Notes: generated from the letters alone by a model not told the origin. 64,000 bases of DNA from Pocillopora damicornis (GCF_003704095.1 NW_020846320.1:62001-126000), one strand, 5' to 3'; shown: positions 12,801-23,660, counted from the first letter of the stretch. A program made the numbers and translations.

Positions 12801-15800
12801 TGGGTTGAATCAAAGGAANNNNNNNNNNNNNNNNNNNNNNNNNNNNNNNNNNNNNNNNNNNNNNNNNNNNNNNNNNNNNNNNNNNNNNNNNNNNNNNNNN
12901 NNNNNNNNNNNNNNNNNNNNNNNNNNNNNNNNNNNNNNNNNNNNNNNNNNNNNNNNNNNNNNNNNNNNNNNNNNNNNNNNNNNNNNNNNNNNNNNNNNNN
13001 NNNNNNNNNNNNNNNNNNNNNNNNNNNNNNNNNNNNNNNNNNNNNNNNNNNNNNNNNNNNNNNNNNNNNNNNNNNNNNNNNNNNNNNNNNNNNNNNNNNN
13101 NNNNNNNNNNNNNNNNNNNNNNNNNNNNNNNNNNNNNNNNNNNNNNNNNNNNNNNNNNNNNNNNNNNNNNNNNNNNNNNNNNNNNNNNNNNNNNNNNNNN
13201 NNNNNNNNNNNNNNNNNNNNNNNNNNNNNNNNNNNNNNNNNNNNNNNNNNNNNNNNNNNNNNNNNNNNNNNNNNNNNNNNNNNNNNNNNNNNNNNNNNNN
13301 NNNNNNNNNNNNNNNNNNNNNNNNNNNNNAAAAAAATGACGAAAAGCTTGTTTAATGTAGATCACTAGCCAGGTGCTCCATGGGAGGCCTGAGTTTATAA
13401 CTCGGAGTTGTTTGAATTCAGTCAGCAAGTCGTCTTCGAGGTTCTAAAGCCCATGCGTGAGCCCGAGTATTTCGGGCTTAACAAACACAACACAATGACC
13501 AGACAGTTTTTTAAAGACTGTGGGCCGGTTATTTACACGAGGCCTAACCTAAACCACGTTTTACGTAATCAGTGGGCCTCAGGGATTCTCTATAAGAGGT
13601 TAATTTAACCAAACAAATGTCCCGCTTCCACTATTAATTTTCGGCCCTCTTAACACTGCTCATAAAAATAAATGTTTAGATAGAAGTTTCAGCTAAATTA
13701 AGAATAGCTTAGGAGGCTGTCTTGTTAAACAACAGTTACACTTTGTCTAAATAACTCGCCTTATGGGTTTACTCCACGATAAGGCATTGTAAATTACCTG
13801 CAAGTTCCAAAAGCTTTCAGAGGATAACACAACTCCTTAACCTTTTCTTTATCCTGCAGAGAGAGTAAATTAAAACATTTAAGAGGATTTCACTACTTCG
13901 TTCTGCAAAATATTAAGAGCAGCCTCCCAGTTTCGTCTGTTAAAATTAAAATTATACTCCAATTTTATTTCAAAGACATGCCTGTTTTGCAAGGTCGGCC
14001 ATTGTATCAAGTAGTTGTGGAACTTCCTGACCTGACCTCTGTACAAGCTGACGTATGGAAGGAGCGTGATACATATTTCGGCCATTAGTCACAAAAATAA
14101 CAGAGACACAGCCATGCTCCTTCAGAAAATCAAATTCACAAAGTAAAAAAATGAAGATATGATTGTCCCTGTGGGTCAGTGGCATGTTATTGGTTGGTTG
14201 ATCCCTGTAAAATTCACTGTTCGTGCCTCAAGTTGTAATTCATATACGTAAGACAAGTTCACTTTTTTTCCTTTTTTTCTATTGTTATGGACTTTGAAAA
14301 AAAGAGGTTAATACCAAATCAACTGAACCAAACAAGTTTGGTCAATAAATCATTAATAAATTAGCTGAAAGATTAGATAAACAAAAATTACTTTTGTGGA
14401 AACAGAGTGGGAATTACTCACGTGACGGCAAGATCTCATACGCTCTGGGATCATAAACTTTGTAGAAAGGATGTTAAAAAGTTAGGACTACCTCAATGAA
14501 TTTTAGAAAAGAAGTGAAGAGTGTCTTACTTCAGATGATGTGAAAGTCCCAGCTAGAGTGGCGGGTCTTTTGCTAAATCGTGTCTTTGAACCAGGAAAGT
14601 TGAAGTGTATTACACATGAGGCATTTGTGATGTTCATCTGAACAATAACGTCTTCCGCTATTACTGAATTTTATCATTAAAAATCATTAAAATCATTAAT
14701 CATTAAAATCATTAAACTGTGATTTCATTGTTCATCTTTTCGCCAAAGATGAAAATTAAAATCTAGAATAAACTATATAACTATATGCATAGATGCATCA
14801 ATAAACTGAACCTACAAAATGCTTTATTCAAGAACACATATAGTAATTCCGATAGAAAACACTTCGAAAAAAAAAGGGATACAGATGATGCACAATTTCA
14901 AAACTTCAAAGTCCTTAAAGCAGGCCTCCTTGGTCATTTCTTTCATTTTCGTTTCTTTTTTTTTTCAGCTTTTGCCAAATCATCAAACTCACTTTAACAC
15001 AAGTGGAACTTACGGGAAACATAAGATTCTGTGGGACGGCCTTTCCATTGAGAGTTTTGAAGACATTATGGCATACCTAGAACTGGCATAGTATCAGTGG
15101 TGTGCGGAGTGTTCCACTGTCTCTGAATATTGTCAAGTTCATGAGGTGGTAGAAAATTGTGTACCACAAGAGCAAAATAACAGTTTGCATTCAGGAATTG
15201 TCCTACGTTCTCTGCTTCCGCTGCCGTAGATGTGAAAACACAAATGACTTTTGTGCTAATAAACGATTCCAGGTAACCTATCATGGGAAAGAAAACGTTA
15301 AAGAAAGATTTAAATCCTTACACAAAAACGGAAATGAAATGAAATGAAAAAGTAGAAAAATTGCGAGATATTTCCAAGGTTCTAAATACATGTAGAAACA
15401 GACAAAAGGTTTGATCATTCCCACTTTCCACAAGACAGCTGCTTGTCAACTATATGTTTTGACTTCACTTGCTGTTTATATCTTCGTCATTTGTTATCTA
15501 ATTCCGGTTAGGCAAGCCTATATGTGCTTAAAATCCTATCCAGAACACTATGAATTTTAAATACCCTTACCAAGAAGTTCCACATCTCTCTGGCTCTCGG
15601 AGCAAAATGTTACAATTTGTTGCACACCCCTGTAGATAGCTACTTCAATCATGTCAGGAATCAACACCACAGGATTCGCAAGATATGCCTTCACCAGTGA
15701 TGCTATACCCACACTCCAAGACGAAGCCATGACAACTGCCTGCCGTGGTGCTGAACGACAGGTTTGGGATTTCAATAGGTTGGCGTAGTGTCTCATGATG

Positions 15801-18800
15801 CATTTGATCTCAGATGTGAAGTCCTCCACCATTATGTCCGCGTCATGAAATACCAAGTGACAGAGTCGATCAAGGGATATATAACATTTCCTGAGCATTC
15901 GAAGGAAGCAAGGTGGTGTAGCAATCAGGATCTCACAGCCATTCACTAGTGGTATGATACGATTCTCTTCTGCACCAGCAGCAAATATCAGCTGCACACT
16001 AATGTTCCTGGTTTTAGCTAGAATGAGCTTGCATTGCCTGAAGATATCAACAACAGCTCCCCATGTTGAAGCAAGGATAAGAAACTGCGGCTGGAAAGAA
16101 AATACAAAGCGAAATTCACAACAATATAAAGATCACATATCATATAAGATTATATATGACTAAAGGGGGTCAGTTTCTGTGATGCTGTGTCAGTGGGAGA
16201 GTATAACAGGGATATTTGGAATTGTGGGTGGTGTGTGTTTATATGCAGAAAATGGAGCTAAGCTATTGATGGGAACATGGTGACGAGAAACAAGAATAAA
16301 TTAGTTAAATGAAAAGCGGGATTTAAAGGTTAGCTAGGGGCACAATATAGCATGATAGCGGCATTCACATGTACCAAGAGCGTGAAATTTCAAAGACAAA
16401 CGGAGCCCTTTTACTATCAACAGCAAACTACACAGTAGATACTGTCTCTGTTTTTACCAGCCAAGATGCTTGATCCGTACAGTTGGCAAGAAAAGGTCTA
16501 TTAATTTAACTTTACCAGGAATTTTGAATTTGAAAATGATTTTTCATGAGCTTGANNNNNNNNNNNNNNNNNNNNNNNNNNNNNNNNNNNNNNNNNNNNN
16601 NNNNNNNNNNNNNNNNNNNNNNNNNNNNNNNNNNNNNNNNNNNNNNNNNNNNNNNACGGCAAACTACACAGTAGATACCGTCTTCTGTTTTTACCAGACA
16701 AGATGATTGATCCGTACAGTTGGCAAGAAAAGGTCTATTCATTGAAATTTACCAGGAATTTTGAATTTGAAAATGATTTTTCGTGAGCTTGACTTCTACA
16801 CACTGTAACTCCAAGGATTCCTTTAGCTCTTTAGCGGTGAGGTAGAATATCCAAGAATAATGAACTTTGTTCTTGCATGTCTAACCTCCCAAAAAAAGAT
16901 GTACAAAACTAAAGCTTTGTATCTCTGAGGACTCAAAGCGGCGGCTGCACAATAAAGTTTCATTACATTTCCCCTGTCACTTTGAATTTAGGTACAACAA
17001 CACCCCACCACCACCCAGCAAACTTACCCCACTTGAAAACTTTGGTAGATCCGCATAAATTTCCCTTTCTTCTACCAACTGATAAATAATTGGCAGTAAG
17101 TACGCATGTATTTGTGCATCATTTGCTTGGCAAATGCCTACAAGGTCACGTCCTCTCAGAAGAGCAGGCCAAGCATGTGCCTGAAGTAAGCTAGGATTCA
17201 AAATACCAAGCCGAAGCAAATAATGAGGAAATGGGCAAAACTCTGGTGAAAAGACCGGCTTTGGAGCAGGTGCACCCTCTGAGCAAACAATAACACCATC
17301 AGAATATAATAACTTTTTTCCACTTGTTGTGCGTTGTACTGGTGAAGCAGACTTCTGTGTGGGTAATAGTATTTCTGAAGGAAGAGGAGACTTTCCAAAA
17401 GAACCACAAGAAGTCTGCAACAGTTGAGACAATTGTGTAGATTTTTCACTTAAATTTCTCCCTTCAACCATATGTAAGCTTGTTGAGGATTGTATTGGAG
17501 AATGTTCAGAGCGACATGCAATTTCTGAGCTGCTTTTAGTCGTTGGAGGCTCACATGTTTGTACTAAATCTGTAGAGGGATCTAAAGTTGACCCGCAGTC
17601 TCTCTCACAGGTTTCTTTTAGGGTCTTTATTGAAGATAGCAATCTTTGCCGATCTTCTTCATTTCTATTTGCCACAGCAGTAGTTTTAGACAGTGACTCA
17701 GTTTCCTGAACTATCCTCTTAGCTGAAATAGAATTTTCAAAAGGCAATCTAACGTTGTGTTGGCTAAACAAGGTATCTACACTTATTGAACTATTTCGGG
17801 GGGACTGTTCTTTTTCCTCTATTTCTTTAAGAAAGATTTCACCATTAGAGCCATTAGAGGAAAATTCAGGTATTTCACAGTAGGAAACACCTGAACCGTC
17901 TCTGTCTGCCCGTCTTCTCGGACGAAATTCATCTGCCTCAGTGGAAGATCCACTGTGAGCACTTTTCTTTTTAAGAATGGGCTTCAGATTCACGGCATCT
18001 GGAGATTTTGATGACATTGGATGAAAACCTCCCCTCATACCACTACCTGTTGCTGGCAGTCTAGATGAAAGAAATCGCACCCTTCCTGAATTATTGTCAC
18101 TCGATGCTGCTGCCGGTTTTCTAGATCCATGCATTAGCTCATCTTCTGACTTTTCACTGCTAAATGTCTTTTCTTCTGAGAGTCTCTGAGACGAAAGGCC
18201 CTCGCACGCACCTTCTGGAAGTCTCGCTGAAGGCTTTTGAAGTGAGCTATTGTTTTCCTGACATGATCCATGTCCTAAAACCTGTTGTCTTAACACAACC
18301 AAAGGGGATTCCCTTATCCCCAAATACCTATTAGTGCTTCGCTGGCTCATAGACTCTTCATNNNNNNNNNNNNNNNNNNNNNNNNNNNNNNNNNNNNNNN
18401 NNNNNNNNNNNNNNNNNNNNNNNNNNNNNNNNNNNNNNNNNNNNNNNNNNNNNNNNNNNNNGAGTCAGCCAATAGTAACACATGATACTTTCCTTTCTCA
18501 TCTTGTTTATGGATGGTAACTTGAAGCTTACATCCTAAAATTAATTCATATGACTTTTAAGCAAAATTTGACTGAAAGGAGTACAAAGAAGACCAAGATT
18601 AGACTAGAATTACACTGAAACCTCACACAAGTATATACACAAGGAATTGGGCTTTGCAATCTTTGGAGTTTCAAATACCTTGCCACATCAAATACATGAG
18701 CTGAATTGAATTGTTCAAATTTCTCAGGCTTATGTCCATTCGCCACTTCTACCTAAACTTTTCACACATTTGAGTAAACTCACAAAAACTTCAGTTATCT

Positions 18801-21574
18801 ACCTTGTATGAGGGTTTTAAAGAGGTTTGTAGCAGCTTCATCCCAGTGATCAGTAACTCTGAAGAATATAATTAATCATTCTAATCACTCATGATAATGA
18901 TAATTCTCCAACATTCAAACAAATCCCTATATGTGACCACTGGCTTAAAATGCCAGTTTTGTTCATTGAAATGATATTGTGCATTGCCTAGCCATTAAAA
19001 GATACTGCAAATTATAGCACAACAACACCAACCAAGCTCTATCATCATACAAATGGCTGGTAAATTAGTAAAAAAAATTTAAACACCTTTTGGTGTTCCA
19101 TTTTCCCCAGAGGTCTTGCCCTTTCCTATCTGATGCATTCAGAACAGCATCTATCCAGCTACCCTGATTCCAAAACTTTCAATTGTTACAGGCTTTCAAA
19201 TCAGTACCAATACATTTACAGTATGCATATTGCAAATGACCACAGTTTGAGCAAAATGTTTACAAGTCACTGACAGTTACTGCAGTGTCTTTCATTATTG
19301 CTGCACCTTTTGTAATGCCTTGGTTTTGGAACATATCAATTGTTTAATGTTACTGTTGGAAATAGACAAAATCTCATAGAAAGAAGTTTTCCAATCTCTT
19401 TACAGATAATATAACTTCAGTGAAACACTACGATGCAGTCCCCAGTTCATGCCTGCTTGCAGCTGAACCAAGCCAGGCTTGTTCAACATTGTTGATAAAT
19501 AAATATAGAGAGAATCTCAGTTAACCCTTAACTACTAAGATCTCATTAGTAATTCTCCTTACTATCTGCCATACAATTCTTGTGATGTTAGTTCAGAGAA
19601 TTTGGTACTGGATCAACTAACAATCCCCTAATTGATATTGTTCTTTACTCTCATAGCTTGTCAGCTTGATATTGTATTGACATTGTAAGGAGAAATTCTG
19701 TTTTGGTCACTCAAGGGAGTTACAGATTTAAATAAATGTAACAACAATTTTCACTAGCAAACATACTGTTTCGAGGTAGTCAGATCAAAGTAGGATGTAA
19801 CAAGACCAAGTGGTTGAACACCAACTAACAAACATTCCATGGCCTGAAATGGGATGTTCTGAAATAGCTCTGGTATTTCCCTAATCCTGCAGAAGTGAAC
19901 AATGTAATCATTGACAGAACATCTCTTGAAACCATGGATGCAAAAACTAAATAGTATTTTCAACAGCTTTATTTTTAAATATGACGATTTGAAGCCTACA
20001 TGCACTGCTATAAATTATGAGGAAACTACAGGGTATTCATATCCCTCTAGCATACAACAAAACCACAGTTTAAAGTTAGAAATTAGTGACAAATAAATGA
20101 CAGAGGAGAAAATGAGTAGAGCTAGTTTTAAGAGTGAATGAATAACAGAAACAATTCTTCATAAAAATGAGAATCCCATAATTGAACTCTATTCTTTTCA
20201 ATAACCTTTCTTACCTGCAACAAGGAACCAAGGTACTCTCTGCCATATCCACAAGAAAAACACTGTGATAACACAAATCATAGCACTCTAATTTTTTATG
20301 GGACATAGTAAAATCAAATACAGGGAAAACACTCACTTTTCCAACACAACATTTCACAGTTTCCACCTTTTCATTCGAGGTTTAGGTTGAGTTAAACTGT
20401 AAGTCTTGGCAGATAACACAAACCTATGCCTTGATAATTCTCACCATCAAGCCCAAACTCATCCAATAATCATCAACCCCTTACACCTGAACATCAGTTT
20501 ACATATTCTCCCTACAGTGTTTTATATACATTTCCTAAAGCGTTGACAAGGAGAATTTTTTTAACAATCAATAGCTTCTTTGGCTGGTGATCATTTTCTT
20601 TATTTTTGTGACTTAAATATGTGATTCAGGGGTAATATTAGATGCTAGTCACTCTTCTGAGTTAAAGGGTTAAATAACAATTTACCTTGCTTGCGGTCCA
20701 CTCAGTGTTTGTAATACAGTTTGAACTCTTGCCCTATACCAGCAGTTATCTGAGGTCCGCCTTACCACACACATCTGCAATGTGACATGAACAGCAAGAT
20801 AGAGTAGTTTACAACTCTTCTACCAATGACAATTTGAGCAAGAAAGACAAACTAAGCACATTTACAAAGTGTTTACCAGCTGAAAGACATCAACATTCTG
20901 TATATCAAAAAATAGGTTCAGAAACATAATTCACAAGGCATGAGATTTGTAGGAATATAATCATTATGGCAGATGTTTTGAAATTTATTGCACTTGCATG
21001 AGCGTAAGTTAAGTACATTTTGAAATCCTTTCAAGACATCTCAAGTCACTACACATACAGTATGATTCACAAAATGACCAAAATCTCAGCATAATCATTC
21101 TCTACATCTTGAAGAAACATTAATCAGAACATTTTTAATAGTTCAGAGTGTTCTTCAATGTTGTCTTTGAATTTCAAATTTATAATCATCTCAACAGACA
21201 AACCAAGCTAATTTTTCATAAAATTCAAGACCCAAGATGTTAAGTTTATCAATTAACCTAAAATTTTCAGAGGATACCTTAGGGAAATTTTATATTGAAC
21301 TACATCCATTGTACATGTAACCAATTTAAGCATTCATTATTTGCAACATATAAAAAGAGGGACATGTTTTTTCAGATTATACCATAACTTACATGACAGC
21401 CATCAATGAATAATACATCAATTTATACACACTTACCTGACCCTTTTCCACCTGATTATTAGCTTGTGAGTTTGTATCCTTTCTAAAATGATCATTCAGT
21501 TTTCCCATAAAGTCTTGGAATTCGCTGCTAGGACCAGCAACAGGGTGAGCCCAGAAATTCCCTGCGTTGATTAC
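3743..21574 (-). CDS. TDRD12: TDRD12-like Tudor/pseudo-helicase piRNA biogenesis factor, multi-exon gene (first exon and 3' end unresolved)
   Basis: Phase-consistent exon chain: 21437-21574, 20686-20774, 20215-20262, 19767-19886, 18803-18858, 17028-(gap 18362), 15571-16090, 11959-12159 (or copy 15077-15277), 11434-11567, 10886-11023, 10700-10755, 10157-10253, 9554-9786, 9189-9246, 8740-8829, 8080-8142, 7785-7846, 7318-7447, 6756-6841, 6200-6319, 5573-5683, 4863-5038, 4408-4478, 3743-3886. Tudor-helicase-Tudor order and peptides such as WDEAATNLF, LCYSLKAFGTC and SLGNTMWLDP match my recollection of vertebrate TDRD12. Confidence 0.88.
4408..4478 (-). CDS. TDRD12: TDRD12 exon (EKEWSDESSDAFWEMVTDQLLFAK)
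   Basis: tacag acceptor, gtactg donor, 71 nt. Confidence 0.82.
4863..5038 (-). CDS. TDRD12: TDRD12 exon, Tudor 3 core (WYRARV...VFYVDFGDRE...LPLQAVECSL)
   Basis: tctag acceptor, gtaag donor, 176 nt, canonical Tudor signature. Confidence 0.9.
5573..5683 (-). CDS. TDRD12: TDRD12 exon, Tudor 3 (LEDLKQKIN...GSLCVAKFSEDD)
   Basis: tgtag acceptor, gtaag donor, 111 nt. Confidence 0.85.
6200..6319 (-). CDS. TDRD12: TDRD12 exon, start of Tudor 3 (SVYVSAVENPGLFFVQ)
   Basis: ttcag acceptor, gttggt donor, 120 nt, extended-Tudor N-terminal strands. Confidence 0.85.
6756..6841 (-). CDS. TDRD12: TDRD12 exon (HVRLLRNLCEG...)
   Basis: aaag acceptor, gtaag donor, 86 nt, in frame with neighbours. Confidence 0.75.
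7318..7447 (-). CDS. TDRD12: TDRD12 exon (SLGNTMWLDPLVE...ENKQ)
   Basis: tgcag acceptor, gtaag donor, 130 nt. Confidence 0.88.
7785..7846 (-). CDS. TDRD12: TDRD12 exon (TAAYITRLIEGKEMEGRVVL) (copy A)
   Basis: acag acceptor, gtgagg donor, 62 nt. Confidence 0.82.
8080..8142 (-). CDS. TDRD12: TDRD12 exon (AVEVFVCRLQPLDKDTDWTDE)
   Basis: taag acceptor, gtaaag donor, 63 nt. Confidence 0.85.
8740..8829 (-). CDS. TDRD12: TDRD12 exon, Tudor 2 (VQYVDRGNFE...LPPQFHSCPFQ)
   Basis: cgtag acceptor, gtatg donor, 90 nt, Tudor YVDxGN motif. Confidence 0.88.
8860..9030 (+). mobile_element. tRNA-derived SINE-like repeat
   Basis: A-box-like tggctcagtgg, B-box-like ggtttgattcc, body gactcagaa...tttgtcc..cgctcgtga shared with 59440-59560. 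Confidence 0.65.
9189..9246 (-). CDS. TDRD12: TDRD12 exon, Tudor 2 (RVKVCYVTKEDHSKKPVEVR)
   Basis: ccag acceptor, gtaag donor, 58 nt. Confidence 0.8.
9309..9480 (+). repeat. Interspersed repeat related to 29049-29285, lacking the central hammerhead hairpin
   Basis: Shared gtaagtttctaaaga..ctg.gg..ctgtgtcggtg, caactg.g.tgataa, ggccaccgt and agttgata...aaattat; a further partial copy lies at ~16172-16215. Confidence 0.6.
9554..9786 (-). CDS. TDRD12: TDRD12 exon, Tudor 2 (ILITSVMDATCYWVR...VGDLCAV)
   Basis: ccag acceptor, gtaaac donor, 233 nt. Confidence 0.88.
10157..10253 (-). CDS. TDRD12: TDRD12 exon (YQRGTRNCLQRH...IPTSGIVK)
   Basis: tttag acceptor, gtaag donor, 97 nt, completes the CCCH-like motif. 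Confidence 0.8.
10700..10755 (-). CDS. TDRD12: TDRD12 exon (EKEKVKELCYSLKAFGTC) (copy A)
   Basis: ctgcag acceptor, gtaatt donor, 56 nt. Confidence 0.8.
10886..11023 (-). CDS. TDRD12: TDRD12 exon with GC donor (EHGCVSVIF...LAKQ) (copy A)
   Basis: aag acceptor, CAG|gcaagt donor, 138 nt, frame continuous with the next exon. Confidence 0.75.
11434..11567 (-). CDS. TDRD12: TDRD12 exon, RecA2 domain (MNITNASCVIHFNFP) (copy A)
   Basis: cag acceptor, gtaag donor, 134 nt, motif V-like. Confidence 0.8.
11959..12159 (-). CDS. TDRD12: TDRD12 exon, RecA2 domain (copy A)
   Basis: tag acceptor, gtatgc donor, 201 nt, ICVFTSTAAEAE motif IV-like. Confidence 0.8.
12284..15303 (-). pseudogene. TDRD12: Diverged second copy (copy B) of internal TDRD12 exons: 15077-15277, 14530-14663, 13982-14119, 13798-13853, 12634-12696 and a partial exon from 12284; alternative haplotype or partial duplicate
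   Basis: 12284-12818 matches ~7427-7968; 13330-13370 matches ~8584-8627; 13378-15303 matches ~10278-12183; deletion junction near 13370-13378; 1-nt insertion in exon 12634-12696. Confidence 0.75.
15571..16090 (-). CDS. TDRD12: TDRD12 exon, DEAD-like RecA1 domain (PQFLILAST...ILIATPP...LVFHDAD...ASSW)
   Basis: ttccag acceptor, gtaagg donor, 520 nt; motif Ia, Ib, II and III equivalents. Confidence 0.9.
17028..18361 (-). CDS. TDRD12: TDRD12 large exon: Ser-rich low-complexity linker and start of helicase-like domain (5' boundary in gap)
   Basis: ORF 16977-18350; Q-motif-like PSLLQAHAWPALLRGRDLVGI; donor GGG|gtaagt after 17028. Confidence 0.85.
18803..18858 (-). CDS. TDRD12: TDRD12 exon (VTDHWDEAATNLFKTLIQ)
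   Basis: ttcag acceptor, gtagat donor, W-x-x-x-A-x-x-x-F motif of extended Tudor. Confidence 0.8.
19521..19731. mobile_element. MITE-like short repeat
   Basis: Ends ttaaccctt... / ...gggagttacagatttaa; internal attctcc...ggagaatt layout shared with 20473-20672 and 43923-44108. Confidence 0.55.
19767..19886 (-). CDS. TDRD12: TDRD12 exon (IREIPELFQNIPFQAMECLLVGVQP)
   Basis: gcag acceptor, gtatgt donor, extended-Tudor P-x-Q-A-x-x-C-x-L motif. Confidence 0.88.
20215..20262 (-). CDS. TDRD12: TDRD12 exon, Tudor 1 (VFLVDMAESTLVP)
   Basis: cacag acceptor, gtaag donor, 48 nt, phase 2-2. Confidence 0.85.
20473..20672. mobile_element. MITE-like short repeat
   Basis: Inverted ends aacccctta / taaagggttaa; aacatcag...attctcc...tgacaagga.aattt...tgattcag shared with 43923-44108. 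Confidence 0.6.
20686..20774 (-). CDS. TDRD12: TDRD12 exon, Tudor 1 (MCVVRRTSDNCWYRARV)
   Basis: ttgcag acceptor, gtaaat donor, Tudor WYRA motif. Confidence 0.88.
21437..21574 (-). CDS. TDRD12: TDRD12 exon, start of Tudor 1 (VINAGNFWAHP...EKGQ)
   Basis: cacag acceptor, gtaagt donor, 138 nt, phase 0-0. Confidence 0.85.
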
Positions 21575-23243
21575 CTGTGTTACAAAAGATCAAATTTCCA
21601 TGATGCTCACAACTTGTGGCTTGGTACATCAGTTGGTAGAGGCTCCCAACTGCTCTCATAGAGGAATGGTTTACAACCCAATCAAATCCTAAATTTTGTT
21701 AAGCATGCTGTTTTCAAAATCTCTTTACCTGAAATTTACCTGCAATGAACTCTTCTTACCATAGCTATTTTTTGTTGGTTTTGAATTTCTCAAACAAGTT
21801 TGATATTCCAGCCTTGCATCCCTTATCATAAAAATCACAATGGTTTGAAAACTTTTAAACCATTAAAAGAATGAACCATAGTATTCACACATTGTAGAAT
21901 TTTTCAGTCTTTCAAATATCATTTCAGTCATGGTTGCTCTACAAGGCACAGTTATCACAGGCACCANNNNNNNNNNNNNNNNNNNNNNNNNNNNNNNNNN
22001 NNNNNNNNNNNNNNNNNNNNNNNNNNNNNNNNNNNNNNNNNNNNNNNNNNNNNNNNNNNNNNNNNNAAGAGGTTTTTATTGACACTCTGCTGGTATGGTA
22101 CCAATTCAGGTGATTCCTTAGAAATAAAAGTTGTTTAACCATTTTCCTAACCTTTCTTGGAAAGTTTCCTACCTATCACAGATTAAAAGAATACCAAAAC
22201 TTACACAGTATAGTAACATAAAATAACAAAATTTAGAAAATAATTGAAGTAACGAGGGTCTTCTATAATCTCTAAAGACCATCAAGTCTTAGCGTTAATT
22301 CTTCTCACAGTGGATAAATACAATGCCCAATTACTAAACGCAGGACTCTGAGTTCCTCTTAGCAACAGAAGACCTAGCGACGCAATATTCTCACAGGTGT
22401 CTTCTTAATTTTGGTTTTAATGCGTTAGAACTTGCACAAGAAAACCATAATTTTCTCATGCAATCGTCACACAATCCACGAACATGGAAATGCATGTATC
22501 AGCTGATCCACTACGTGGCAAAACTAAAACCATGCAGACGTAACTCCCAGAGTTTCTGGTCGTTTTGAAAATGATACACGGGGCTATGAATGAATCTGTA
22601 GTTATGTAGTAGATTTCATCGAGTTGTGCAATACTTTGCGAACTGATACATCACTACAGGAACCGGTTGCTAAAAGCAAACGCGCACGTCAAGGGTAAAT
22701 TGTCACGTAGTCTGCATGCTTAAAAAACGCCTTTTGATACATGCTGTTTCACTTCATGAACATACCTGGTCTGACTTGTGCCTCTTGAATTAGCGCACTT
22801 GAAGGAAATGCATGAGTATGGTAGATATGCACCAGAGAGTTAACTCGAATCTCTAGAAATTCACCGCTATCCCATCTGCCATCTTTCCTTGAAGCATGCT
22901 TTAGTTTGGTGGAGATCTGGGAATAGTAGCCTCGATTTCATAAAAACCCATCTTCCCGAGAAAGGAAAGTCTGCAAGGCGGTGCTTATTTTACTTATTTT
23001 TGGTTATTTTTCTTTTATTTTTGTGGCTTCTGCCTCCTAGGGGGAGCAGAATGAGTGAGTGGGTGCAATAATAAAATTCCGATCTCGGGTATGCGTAACA
23101 ATAGAATTCTAACCTTGACCCAATTGCCCGGTGCTACTTAATGATTTTTTGCGGAGTATCATAGAAGGCGACATTGGCACTCGATACACAGTTGAATTCT
23201 CTCCTTTTGTGATTTCTGGCTCATGGCTACAAGCCTATTGTGT

Positions 23244-23660
23244 TTTCAGTTGTTGCCGTGACACTACGGAAGACATCAGAAGACGATACACATCTCACAA
23301 TCATTTCAGGATTGCGCGCTATTAAGAGCAAAAGGTTTCCTTGCAGAAACATCTTAAAAGGTGTGATCGGTGCATCATGAAAAAAATTTTTTTTTCTTTG
23401 AAAAGACATCATTTTATCGTTTAAATCGGCAATCATGTGGATCCGATGATATAATCTTTTCAGTTCTTGCCGTGCCACTACAAAAGACGATAAACATCTC
23501 AAAACAATTTTACAGTGAGGTCCACCGACGCATGATTTAAATCATAACTTTTCCTAGCAGAAAAATCTCAATAGATATGATCTGCACATCCTGGAAGCTT
23601 TGAGAAAATTTTTTTCTCTTTGGAAAATAGTATTTTACCATTTGAATCAGCGACTTATGC
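23244..23660 (+). repeat. Degenerate direct repeat, two ~200-nt units
   Basis: ttcagtt.ttgccgtg.cactac, aagacgata.acatctca, tttcct.gcagaaa.atct, tttttt.tctttg.aaa and attttA..tt.aatc.gc.a occur at ~23244-23440 and ~23459-23660. Confidence 0.6.

Noticed and set aside
22766-22882. First coding exon of TDRD12 ending at the CAG|gtatg donor (22766)
   Set aside because: The required phase-0 frame has a TAA just upstream with no later ATG; the start remains unresolved.
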